A DNA stretch of 64,000 nucleotides from an uncultured bacterium (GCA_903945435.1 CAJAVM010000001.1:73071-137070), one strand, 5' to 3'. Shown: positions 30,349 through 38,494, numbered from the stretch's first letter. Notes: generated from the sequence alone by a model not told the origin. A program made the numbers and translations.

Positions 30349-31269
30349 ATGGATAATAAGCATTTGCCAGATTTAGACGAAGTTGTCATTTCCGCCCTTG
30401 ATTTATTTATCGAAGAAACGCCACCTAAATTAAATTTAGAAAAAGCTGGTCAACCCTTTGTAGTTGGGAGTGGGAACGCCTACAATACCGGAAAGTTATT
30501 GTTTTCACAACGCCCAGCCATCTTTGCTAATGAAAGTAATTTAAAACCAAAGCTTGTCGCTCATCTAAGCTTAATTAAATCTGGTGTTGTTAAAAGAGCA
30601 ATTATTATATCGGCTTCTGGAGAAAAAGATGCTGCCTGGGAAGTAGCCGAAGCGGAAAAATATGGTCTAGAAACCACTCTCCTAACCTGTAATTCTAATT
30701 CCTCAGCCGCTAAACTAGCAGATAAAACCATAGTCTACAGAAATCTACCAGAGCCTCAAACATATAACACTTCTACTTATCTAGGAATGCTTATGTCGGC
30801 CAGCAATGAAAATGCAAAAAATATTAAAAACTTTATAAAAAAAGTGAAATTACCAAAAAACTTTGGTAAGTATGGCGCTTACTCCATTATCGTTCCTGAT
30901 GAGTTTTCTGAATTAACACCGATGCTTGATATAAAAAAACATGAATTATTTGGACCCCATCTTTCTCTTCGCGCTTTTAGTTTTGGTGATGCCCGGCATG
31001 CTAAATTTGTTATGCCCTGGGAAAAGGAGTTAGTTATTAGTCTTGGTAATAATAAATATTTTGGCTTACCACAAAATCGTTTACAAATAAAAATGCCAAA
31101 AAAATACGGGGCGGGATTAGTTATGGCCTTAACTTATTATTTAATTGGTAAAATTCAAGCAGCCAAGCCTCCATATTACAAACAAAATATTGCTAAATAT
31201 TGCATAGACGGGCCTAAAGCGTACGGTAAGAAAGGAAAATTTGATATTGTTGTCCCGGGTAATTACTAA
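30349..31269 (+). CDS. SIS-domain protein (possible sugar-phosphate isomerase)
   Basis: 306 aa. VVGSGNAYNTG and IIISASGEKDAAWEVAEAEKYG resemble SIS nucleotide/sugar-phosphate binding loops. Confidence 0.5.
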   Translation: MDNKHLPDLDEVVISALDLFIEETPPKLNLEKAGQPFVVGSGNAYNTGKLLFSQRPAIFANESNLKPKLVAHLSLIKSGVVKRAIIISASGEKDAAWEVAEAEKYGLETTLLTCNSNSSAAKLADKTIVYRNLPEPQTYNTSTYLGMLMSASNENAKNIKNFIKKVKLPKNFGKYGAYSIIVPDEFSELTPMLDIKKHELFGPHLSLRAFSFGDARHAKFVMPWEKELVISLGNNKYFGLPQNRLQIKMPKKYGAGLVMALTYYLIGKIQAAKPPYYKQNIAKYCIDGPKAYGKKGKFDIVVPGNY

Positions 31270-31287
31270 TATTAAACAAATTCATCT

Positions 31288-31316
31288 AAAAACGCTCTCT
31301 CACTGGGAGCGTTTTT
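31288..31316 (+). terminator. Rho-independent terminator after the SIS-domain gene
   Basis: AACGCTCTC (31291-31299) pairs with GGGAGCGTT (31305-31313, one G:U) around a 5-nt loop, followed by TTT. Confidence 0.75.
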
Positions 31317-31319
31317 CTA

Positions 31320-31349
31320 TTGACATTTAATCTAAAAACGTGTTACTAT
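31320..31349 (+). promoter_or_regulatory. Sigma70-type promoter (TTGACA, 18-nt spacer, TG-extended TACTAT)
   Basis: TTGACA at 31320-31325, TGT at 31341-31343, TACTAT at 31344-31349. Confidence 0.6.
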
Positions 31350-31351
31350 CT

Positions 31352-31444
31352 GAAGTTCTTGAGGCGAAATAGCAAAGAGTGCTACGTAGTTAATTCTCAA
31401 GGACGCCTGACCCGGGAATGGGTGCACATTAAAAACTTATCAAA
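31352..31444 (+). promoter_or_regulatory. Structured 5' leader (candidate cis-regulatory RNA, class unknown)
   Basis: 8-bp helix 31356-31363/31396-31403 encloses hairpin 31370-31384. GGCG (31363-31366) and CGCC (31404-31407) could pair as an alternative or pseudoknot. A further hairpin lies at 31410-31423, then an A-rich tail runs to the TTG start. Confidence 0.35.
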
Positions 31445-32851
31445 TTGAAAAAGAAATCTTTGGCACGCATACTTGCGCTGCCGTTATTCGTGATGTTTGC
31501 AGGATTGATTACAGTTTTTGTAATCCTTTCCTTAGTAGCCAACTGGCACACTGTAGCCACTTGGCCGAAATCTACTTTTGGTTGGGCAACCGACCATGCC
31601 TCTTTCCTAGTAATAGGTGCAATTGTTATCTTTTATCTTGGAGCTTTTGTATATTTTATTAGTAGTAGATCATTTGGATCATTGTATGCAGCTAATGAAA
31701 AATTTTGGTATAAGCCAAGTTGGCCAATTTCACAAACGGCTAACGAGATAGCGGACCGCTACAACCTACACTTAAAAGATTGGGTATATGAAACTGGTCT
31801 AAAAATCATCTGGATTGGCTTAATTTGTTTTGTGCTGACCACGTTTCCGCTATCTAACCATTTTGGATTATTAAAGGGTTGGCTTATAGCTCTTGGGTTT
31901 ATTACTATTGCACTAGTAGAAATCAGAATTCTGCAAAAAATAATCAAGAATGCAGATGCTAACTGGAATAATGATGACTATAAACCAAGCAATTGGTTAG
32001 TATGGGCATTCATGCTCATCCCAGTGCTAGCAAGTTACTACCTGGATATATTTTTATTCAGCTGGAAAAACCCTTGGATCACCGCCGTTCTCTTGGTCAT
32101 CCTTGCAATCTTCCATAGTTATATGTTTTATCAAAAAAAATCAATTAAACGAAAGGAACAAGAAGAAACCGAAAGAAGAAACAAGGCCCTAGAAAAAAGA
32201 ATGGTCGATCTATCTCACGAAAGATGCTACAGCCTGGCAATGCAGTATCTCAACGCCAAGAAGAAAAATAATGAGACGGAATCCGAATTGATTCTAACGA
32301 CTATCAAGGGATTGGTTGTAGATGATAATAATCGGCTTAAAGGATTGGAAATTAAAAAGTTGGTTGCAAAAATGGAATTCGCTAATTTCGCGATGGCACC
32401 GGAAATTTTAGCTTTAGTTCTAGATGAACTTACGATAGAAGATGTGAGCATTATTCTTAGTTTCAACACAGCTTACTATTTTAATGAAACTGAACTACCA
32501 CTATTTTTTAAGTATTCCAAGGATAAAAAAGACATCCTGAAAAGATTCTGCGAAAAGTTGATGGACCCGAATATAATTCTAAACAAAACGAAACAACAAT
32601 TCCGGTTTAGAGCTTTCGTGAGCATTATCAACTCATTAGAGTTTGGCTATGAAAAAGAGTGGTCAGACGAAGAATGGATTAAAAATATAGTTCTCAATAT
32701 TGAGCATATATTAAATCTGACAACCGAGTTTTTACCAAAAATATGGAATAAAGTGGAAGCGTCACAGCTTGAAGCCTATCTCCAAAAAACTAAAAAGAAA
32801 TATGAAGACTCAGGAATACAGGTCAAATTTCCTGAAATTCCTATAATTTAA
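31445..32851 (+). CDS. Orphan membrane protein: about six N-terminal TM helices plus a roughly 230-aa helical cytoplasmic domain
   Basis: 468 aa with a TTG start and no SD (alternative ATG at 31493). No family recognised. It has its own promoter and is flanked by terminators. Confidence 0.6.
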   Translation: MKKKSLARILALPLFVMFAGLITVFVILSLVANWHTVATWPKSTFGWATDHASFLVIGAIVIFYLGAFVYFISSRSFGSLYAANEKFWYKPSWPISQTANEIADRYNLHLKDWVYETGLKIIWIGLICFVLTTFPLSNHFGLLKGWLIALGFITIALVEIRILQKIIKNADANWNNDDYKPSNWLVWAFMLIPVLASYYLDIFLFSWKNPWITAVLLVILAIFHSYMFYQKKSIKRKEQEETERRNKALEKRMVDLSHERCYSLAMQYLNAKKKNNETESELILTTIKGLVVDDNNRLKGLEIKKLVAKMEFANFAMAPEILALVLDELTIEDVSIILSFNTAYYFNETELPLFFKYSKDKKDILKRFCEKLMDPNIILNKTKQQFRFRAFVSIINSLEFGYEKEWSDEEWIKNIVLNIEHILNLTTEFLPKIWNKVEASQLEAYLQKTKKKYEDSGIQVKFPEIPII

Positions 32852-32867
32852 TATTTACGCTCTTTTT

Positions 32868-32907
32868 AAAAAAAGCCTCGCGACAAAATCGTGAGGCTTC
32901 TTTTTTT
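32868..32907. terminator. Bidirectional terminator between the orphan membrane gene (+) and gpmA (-)
   Basis: 10-bp stem 32874-32883/32889-32898 with an A-run 5' and a T-run 3'. Confidence 0.8.
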
Positions 32908-32923
32908 ATCAAATTTAATTTAA

Positions 32924-33661
32924 TTATTTTTTAGTCCCCTGTTTTTTTACTTTATCAATCGCGGCTTGTAATTTATTTTTATCAGCTAAATAATAATGTT
33001 TTATTGGTTTAAATTTAGCATCTAATTCATAAACTAATGGAATCCCGGTTGGAATATTTAATTCTGATATTTCAGAAGTAGAAATTTTATCTAAATATTT
33101 TACGATGGCTCTTAAACTATTGCCACTTGCAGTAATAATAATTTTTTTGCCATCTTTAAGTTGTGGAACAACTTCTTCTTTCCAAAAAGGAACTGCTCTT
33201 TCAACTACATTTTTTAAACTTTCAGCTTCTGGAACTTTTATACCTTTATACCTTGGGTCATTCTTCTGATTAAAAAGATTTTTGCTATCAATTTTTGGAG
33301 GCGGAGTACTATAGCTACGGCGCCAAATAAGAACTTGCTTCTCCCCAAACTTTTCTGCCATTTCTTTTTTATTTAATCCTTGTAAATTTCCATAGTGTCT
33401 TTCATTTAAACGCCAGTCGGTAACAACCGGCAACTTAGCAGCGTCCATTTCTTTCAATGCTATTTTTAAAGTATTGGAAGCTCTTTTTAAAAATGAAGTA
33501 AAAGCTAAATCAAATTTAAAACCTTCTTTTTTAAGTTGTATTCCAGCTTCTTTAGCTTCTTCTTTTCCTTTTGATGATAAATTAACATCAGTCCAGCCAG
33601 TAAAAAGGCCTTTTTTATTCCAAGTACTTTCACCGTGACGCAACAAAACAATTTTGTACAT
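32924..33661 (-). CDS. gpmA: 2,3-bisphosphoglycerate-dependent phosphoglycerate mutase
   Basis: 245 aa. N-terminal LLRHGESTWNKKGLFTGW histidine-phosphatase motif. Confidence 0.92.
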   Translation of the reverse strand: MYKIVLLRHGESTWNKKGLFTGWTDVNLSSKGKEEAKEAGIQLKKEGFKFDLAFTSFLKRASNTLKIALKEMDAAKLPVVTDWRLNERHYGNLQGLNKKEMAEKFGEKQVLIWRRSYSTPPPKIDSKNLFNQKNDPRYKGIKVPEAESLKNVVERAVPFWKEEVVPQLKDGKKIIITASGNSLRAIVKYLDKISTSEISELNIPTGIPLVYELDAKFKPIKHYYLADKNKLQAAIDKVKKQGTKK

Positions 33662-33703
33662 AAGATTCTTACTTATTTTTTTATTTTTTTATTATATCAT
33701 AAA

Positions 33704-33733
33704 TTGACTATAAAAGTTCAAAAATGATAGTAT
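33704..33733 (+). promoter_or_regulatory. Sigma70-type promoter for the LysM/M23 gene (TTGACT, 18-nt spacer, TG-extended TAGTAT)
   Basis: TTGACT at 33704-33709, TGA at 33725-33727, TAGTAT at 33728-33733. Confidence 0.5.
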
Positions 33734-33747
33734 AAAGTATAGTCTAA

Positions 33748-33771
33748 CAGAAATATATCAGAAATATATCA
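33748..33771 (+). repeat. Tandem direct repeat, 2 x 11 nt (CAGAAATATAT) plus a partial third copy (CA)
   Basis: Read directly: 33748-33758 and 33759-33769 are identical. The repeat lies in the leader of the LysM/M23 gene. Confidence 0.9.
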
Positions 33772-33857
33772 AAACTACTAAGACTAGCCAATTTAAGAAA
33801 TTAGCCGTCGAAAGCGGATTAATTGCCATCAAGTCCGTCCATATCCTGGGAGGACTA

Positions 33858-35150
33858 ATGATGGGTTCGTTCCGGATCTTTTCCGGTTTTTTTCGTTTGT
33901 TCTTTAAATTGTTTTTTTATAAAATATTAGTCAAAATATACTTTCAAATTTTTAGATTCAAAAAAAATAATCTTAAAGAAAAAACCTCCTCACAATTCAT
34001 CCGCAGTAATATTATCTTTATCATTATTACTGTTTTAGGTATCTTTTTTATTGTATCTAATACAAATAGTAAAAATCAAACTAATACACCAGATAGTTTA
34101 ATTCCAAAAACTATCATGGCAAACTTAGTCAAGAATGAATTCAGTTCTCTAGATAGCGAAGAATTAATAGAAGAATCATACACGCCCAATAGTCTAAAGG
34201 TTGCTGGTAAAGAAAAGTATCTGGATTCGTTCTCCACCGTTGAAAAACAAATAGGATTAACTGGAAACACTAGTGAAGAAGAATATAATCCATTAGTAAT
34301 CGTGAGCGAAGATGGCTTAGCTATTAAGCCGCGAATGATTGGGTCTAATTTAGCAAATGATGGAATTATTCCTCAAAGAAATGCTATTGTATATTATACT
34401 GTCCAGAAAGGTGATGTTATAAGTAATATTGCACGTAAATTTGATATTACTGTAAACACTATTCTTTGGTCCAACAATTTAACTGCCTTCAGTTTAATTC
34501 GACCAGGAGATACTTTAACTATTCTTCCATATAGCGGCGTCGTGCACACCGTTAAAAGTGGCGACACCTTATCCAAGATTGCTAAACTATATGATGTAGA
34601 GGCAGAAAAGATATTAAGCAGCAATAATATTGGTGGCTCTCTAAAAATTGGTGCTAAAATAATTATTCCTGGAGGAACAAAATTAACTACTTCTATCGCC
34701 ACAAATAAACGAAGCAATAATGGCAATACCGGCTTATCTATTATTCGTGATTTAGTAAAATCTCCAAACGAATCTAGCGCTCCAACCTCGGGAGCTAAGA
34801 TGGCTTGGCCAACAGTTGGTCATCGTATTACGCAATACTATTCATGGAGACATACTGGTTTAGATATCGCCAATAAAGTTGGGACTCCTTTATATGCAGT
34901 TGAGGCTGGAACTGTTGAATTTGCGGGATGGAGTAACGGTTATGGCTATAACGTGGTAATTAACCATGGCGGCGGCAAAAAAACTCGCTCAGCTCATGCT
35001 AGTAAATTATTTGTTAAAGTTGGGGACGAAGTTGAAAGGGGCGAAAATATTGCAGCCATGGGATCTACCGGTTGGTCAACTGGACCGCACATCCACTTTG
35101 AAGTAATCATTAATGGTAAAAAATATAATCCACTTAACTATATAAAATAA
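33858..35150 (+). CDS. LysM-domain M23 family metallopeptidase (cell-wall endopeptidase)
   Basis: 430 aa. N-terminal TM segment and two LysM-like repeats (YTVQKGDVISNIARKF, HTVKSGDTLSKIAKLY). M23 motifs HTGLDIA and GSTGWSTGPHIHFE. Strong SD GGGAGGA at 33848-33854. Confidence 0.9.
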   Translation: MMGSFRIFSGFFRLFFKLFFYKILVKIYFQIFRFKKNNLKEKTSSQFIRSNIIFIIITVLGIFFIVSNTNSKNQTNTPDSLIPKTIMANLVKNEFSSLDSEELIEESYTPNSLKVAGKEKYLDSFSTVEKQIGLTGNTSEEEYNPLVIVSEDGLAIKPRMIGSNLANDGIIPQRNAIVYYTVQKGDVISNIARKFDITVNTILWSNNLTAFSLIRPGDTLTILPYSGVVHTVKSGDTLSKIAKLYDVEAEKILSSNNIGGSLKIGAKIIIPGGTKLTTSIATNKRSNNGNTGLSIIRDLVKSPNESSAPTSGAKMAWPTVGHRITQYYSWRHTGLDIANKVGTPLYAVEAGTVEFAGWSNGYGYNVVINHGGGKKTRSAHASKLFVKVGDEVERGENIAAMGSTGWSTGPHIHFEVIINGKKYNPLNYIK

Positions 35151-35151
35151 T

Positions 35152-35400
35152 ATGGGTCAAATACTCTCTGGTATAATTTTAACTGCTGCGGGCGCATTTT
35201 TAGTTATCAAGACTGAATGGTTTATTAACAACTTCGGACGCATTGCCTGGTTTGAAGAAAAGCTTGGTTCTGATGGTGGCTCTAGATTAGGCTACAAATT
35301 AGTAGGAATTGCTTTGTTATTTTTAGGCATTATCTTAATGACGGGTAGCGGTGATGATTTTATGCTTTGGCTACTTAGTCCTATTTTAAAATACAGCTAA
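35152..35400 (+). CDS. Hypothetical small membrane protein (82 aa, two TM segments)
   Basis: ATG lies 1 nt after the M23 stop. Hydrophobic segments flank a short loop. Confidence 0.5.
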   Translation: MGQILSGIILTAAGAFLVIKTEWFINNFGRIAWFEEKLGSDGGSRLGYKLVGIALLFLGIILMTGSGDDFMLWLLSPILKYS

Positions 35401-35455
35401 CTTAAATAAAGATAGCTAATTACCAGAATAAATTTGATAATAAAATTATAGGCTC

Positions 35456-35484
35456 TTGACCGAAAAGAAAACAATTGATAATCT
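35456..35484 (+). promoter_or_regulatory. Promoter upstream of tRNA-Ala (TTGACC, 17-nt spacer, TG-extended TAATCT)
   Basis: TTGACC at 35456-35461 and TAATCT at 35479-35484, about 20 nt upstream of the tRNA 5' end. Confidence 0.5.
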
Positions 35485-35503
35485 TTTACAGTCAGATATA
35501 TGC

Positions 35504-35576
35504 GGGCCCTTAGCTCATCTGGTAGAGCACCTGCTTTGCAAGCAGGGGGTGGCAGGTTCGAGTCCTGTAGGGTCCA
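35504..35576 (+). tRNA. tRNA-Ala (UGC)
   Basis: Hand-folded 73-nt cloverleaf. Acceptor GGGCCCU/AGGGUCC includes the G3:U70 alanine identity pair. Anticodon loop CUUUGCAAG region, T-loop GGUUCGAGUCC. No encoded CCA. Confidence 0.95.
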
Positions 35577-35582
35577 CAAATA

Positions 35583-35624
35583 AAACAACCCCTTAACTTT
35601 TATTAGCTAAGGGGTTTTGTTTTA
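35583..35624. terminator. Bidirectional terminator between tRNA-Ala (+) and the FkbH-like gene (-)
   Basis: AACCCCTTA (35587-35595) pairs with TAAGGGGTT (35608-35616), flanked by A- and T-runs. Confidence 0.7.
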
Positions 35625-35641
35625 CATTATTTTTTATTTAT

Positions 35642-37399
35642 TTAATCAAAATAAATAATGCCATTATTTTGATTGTAACTACCGCCAGCAAAAGAGTCAG
35701 CCTTAAATGGCTTAACAAAATTTTTAGGGGTTAGGGCAATCTTTTTAAAAACTGCCATAGTGCGACGAAGATTATTGTCCGGTCCGATATTTTTAAAAGC
35801 GATTGGTAGAAAAAAATCAGTAGAAAATATCTCCAACAAAGCCTCTGGCCCAATACGCCATAAATCAACTGGATATTCATGCTTAGGGAAACTTTTTCCA
35901 GGAACAGTAATAACGATATAGCCGCTAATTTTACAAATTCGCATCATTTCATTTAATACCTTCCAAGGACGAAAAGTGTGTTCCAAAAGCTCAAATGCCC
36001 AAACATGATCTTGGGTTTCATCATAAAAAAAGTCTGGTAAGTTCTCGGCGTCACCAACGATATTCTCTTCTTCAGGAATATACTCTAAGTCAACCTTGGA
36101 GAGTGTCGCTCCAGCATTTTTTATCATCTCCTCAAATTTAATTCGACGACTTTCTTGTAATAAACCCAACACTTCTCCGCGGGCAGAACCTAAGTTAGTA
36201 ATCAATGCTCCTTTATCAATAAGCGGAACCACTTCACTCTTAAAAAAATCAATTACATCAGGCATGCCTGGATAATCTAAATTTAATTTATCGGAAACTA
36301 TTATCCAAGGTAATTGATTCTTTGTTTCATAACAATAAATATCAAGACTAAAAATACAATTAGTTCCGCCTTTCGTGCTAACTACTTGACTCTGAAGTTC
36401 AAAACCAAGCTGCCAAAGAATTTTTTGAATACGAGAATTAGTAGTTGAAGTATTAAGCATAAGTAAAAGCTTTTTAACTTTCTGGTTTTTTAATTTTTTA
36501 ATTAAAACCGAAATTGCCTTCTCTTCAAAACCAAGCCCCATTGAACTACAAGAAAAAGTCGCATTTTCAACCGTGGCTATCTCACCCTTAATATCAACAA
36601 TAAAAGCTCCTATCAATCCCAGCGAAATTTCTTGCTGGAAAGCGGAAACGGCATACACAACCCGTCCGTTATTCAATTTAGCAAAGATAGATTCAATTAA
36701 ATTTTCTTCACTTTCGAATTGGTCAGGATTAAAATTCAGCCGATGAGTCGTAAATAGTAATTTGATTATTCTATAAAGACCCCGGGCAGGAGGAATGGCA
36801 ACGCAAATTTGTTTGCCCAAACTTTTTTGAACTTCAAAACCCAAACCGATTTGACTACGTTCTTTAATCTTTAAACGATAACGATTTTGACGAGCCCGAA
36901 TATCACTCGAAGATTCTTTGGAGCGAGAACTAACAATCTTAAGACTCTTTAACTTTACTAAGTCTTCAGGAGATAAAACGTGAATACCGGAGATAGATTC
37001 GCTAACCTCCCTTAATAGAGCTTCGTTATCATCAATGAAAACAGCTGTCTCCGGACGAATATCCGTCAGCTGTAATAACCGCTTAATATTAAGAACTTTA
37101 GGCTCCCAATTGGCAATGACCTGAGTAAAAATACTCTTATCAATCCCTAATCGGATAAAGGCTTTTTCTACGTCAGATAAATCATTTTGAGAAACAATAA
37201 AAATCTGGATTCCACGGTCATACATGAAGTTAATTAATTCATAACGATCCTGGTGCAAAGATAATCTATCTTCCTTAACAATTGTCCCCTCCCACAAGGT
37301 TTCATCTAAATCAATAAAGAGTGCCGCAATCTTTTTGGCAACTCTAACACTTAAAACATCATTTACTTTTTTCATTGTGCTGTTATTTTGGTTAAACAT
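35642..37399 (-). CDS. FkbH-like HAD (subfamily IIIC) phosphatase domain, central GNAT-like region, and C-terminal class I methyltransferase-like domain
   Basis: 585 aa. N-terminal FIDLDETLWEG ... VFIDDNEALLREV matches the FkbH/HAD-IIIC pattern (DLDNTLW ... DDNP). The C-terminus has LPDFFYDETQDHVWAFELLEHTFRPWKVLNEMMRICKISGYIVITVP (Methyltransf_11-like), but its glycine-rich loop is degenerate (NLGSARG). An alternative start is Met9 at 37375. Confidence 0.6.
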   Translation of the reverse strand: MFNQNNSTMKKVNDVLSVRVAKKIAALFIDLDETLWEGTIVKEDRLSLHQDRYELINFMYDRGIQIFIVSQNDLSDVEKAFIRLGIDKSIFTQVIANWEPKVLNIKRLLQLTDIRPETAVFIDDNEALLREVSESISGIHVLSPEDLVKLKSLKIVSSRSKESSSDIRARQNRYRLKIKERSQIGLGFEVQKSLGKQICVAIPPARGLYRIIKLLFTTHRLNFNPDQFESEENLIESIFAKLNNGRVVYAVSAFQQEISLGLIGAFIVDIKGEIATVENATFSCSSMGLGFEEKAISVLIKKLKNQKVKKLLLMLNTSTTNSRIQKILWQLGFELQSQVVSTKGGTNCIFSLDIYCYETKNQLPWIIVSDKLNLDYPGMPDVIDFFKSEVVPLIDKGALITNLGSARGEVLGLLQESRRIKFEEMIKNAGATLSKVDLEYIPEEENIVGDAENLPDFFYDETQDHVWAFELLEHTFRPWKVLNEMMRICKISGYIVITVPGKSFPKHEYPVDLWRIGPEALLEIFSTDFFLPIAFKNIGPDNNLRRTMAVFKKIALTPKNFVKPFKADSFAGGSYNQNNGIIYFD

Positions 37400-37420
37400 G
37401 AATTTTTAAAGAGCTTGTGA

Positions 37421-37449
37421 ATATTAAAACAAAAATGATAAAATGTCAA
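37421..37449 (-). promoter_or_regulatory. Near-consensus sigma70 promoter for the FkbH-like gene (TTGACA, 17-nt spacer, TAATAT)
   Basis: On the minus strand, TTGACA is the complement of 37444-37449 and TAATAT the complement of 37421-37426. Confidence 0.6.
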
Positions 37450-37484
37450 TAAAAGAGCCTCGTCGATGAATGGCGAGGCTCCTT
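37450..37484 (-). terminator. Rho-independent terminator downstream of ddl
   Basis: 8-bp GC-rich stem 37455-37462/37474-37481. On the minus strand UUUUAUU follows. Confidence 0.7.
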
Positions 37485-37504
37485 GAACAATTACCTATTA
37501 CAAT

Positions 37505-38494
37505 TTAATACCCTAATTCTATGATTTTATTTATCAATTGTTTATAGCTTAAACCCGTATCCATCATAAGCATGGGAAACATGGAGATATCGGTAAATCC
37601 AGGCAAAGTATTAATTTCATTTAAATAAATTTTTCCATCATGTAAAAAGAAGTCGATGCGGGAAAATCCTTGGCAGTTAAATAAATGATAGGCCTTAGTA
37701 GCAAGCTCTTGAACCTGTGCAATTTGCTTAGGGCTAATATCAGCCGGAATAACAGCTTGAGCCTGACCCAACTTATATTTATCCTCATAATTATAAAAAT
37801 CTTTTGCTAGCCTCAACTCACCTGGACGAGAAACTAATAAAGTCTGATTACCTAAAACCGCAACCTCTATTTCTTTTGGACTCTTTAAGCCCTGTTCAAT
37901 AACTAATTTGGAGTCGTGCTTCTTAGCTAAATTAATTGCCTTTGCCAAATCTTCAATTTTATCAACTTTAGTGATTCCAACCGATGAACCGGAATTGGCT
38001 GGTTTAACATACCAAGGCAGGGGCAAATTTTTTACTATATCACTAAGAGTATCGGCAATTTCATTTTTCGTTTGACGTTTAAAATCAACTACGCGATAGG
38101 CAACCTGATTAATTTTTGATGAACAGAGTAAATCTTTAAATACTGCCTTGTCCATACAAAGAGCCGAGCCTAACACGCGACAGCCACAATATTTAATTTT
38201 TTGACTTTCAAATATAGCCTGAAGTACACCATCCTCGCCATATTTACCATGAGTCATGAGTAAAGCGATATCAAACGTCTTCGTAAAATCTTCAATTTTT
38301 AATTGATATCCTTTCCCGACGACTAGCTTATTAATATCTTTTACTTTATAAAAAAGACTATCTTTCTTATTCCAAAAAACTAAAATCAATTCGTATTTTT
38401 TATAATCAAAATTTTTAACAACATTCTTGGCAGAAACAATTGAAACGTCTGATTCATTTCCTAGCCCACCAAAAAATAAGGCAACTTTTTTCAT
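37505..38494 (-). CDS. ddl: D-alanine--D-alanine ligase
   Basis: 329 aa. N-terminal ALFFGGLGNESDVS, an ATP-grasp core, and a C-terminal EINTLPGFT motif. Confidence 0.9.
   Translation of the reverse strand: MKKVALFFGGLGNESDVSIVSAKNVVKNFDYKKYELILVFWNKKDSLFYKVKDINKLVVGKGYQLKIEDFTKTFDIALLMTHGKYGEDGVLQAIFESQKIKYCGCRVLGSALCMDKAVFKDLLCSSKINQVAYRVVDFKRQTKNEIADTLSDIVKNLPLPWYVKPANSGSSVGITKVDKIEDLAKAINLAKKHDSKLVIEQGLKSPKEIEVAVLGNQTLLVSRPGELRLAKDFYNYEDKYKLGQAQAVIPADISPKQIAQVQELATKAYHLFNCQGFSRIDFFLHDGKIYLNEINTLPGFTDISMFPMLMMDTGLSYKQLINKIIELGY

Noticed and set aside
31410-31444. preQ1-I-like riboswitch (small hairpin followed by AUUAAAAACUUA tail) in the leader of the orphan membrane gene.
   Set aside because: The hairpin loop is only 6 nt and lacks the conserved loop nucleotides. 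The 3' tail lacks the CUA(A/G)GG-type pseudoknot partner, and the downstream gene has no link to queuosine metabolism.
31288-32908. Mobile or genomic-island origin of the insulated orphan unit; likewise 51055-52788 and the FkbH-like gene next to tRNA-Ala.
   Set aside because: I found no integrase, transposase or recombinase gene, no flanking direct or inverted repeats and no duplicated tRNA 3' end. The apparent composition difference is small in my hand counts (about 42% versus 32-38% in sampled blocks).
33790-33857. c-di-AMP (ydaO-type) or other known riboswitch upstream of the LysM/M23 hydrolase gene.
   Set aside because: The leader is too short and lacks the pseudo-two-fold ACGR/GGGGA-type conserved cores. 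I report only a tandem repeat and an SD-sequestering hairpin.
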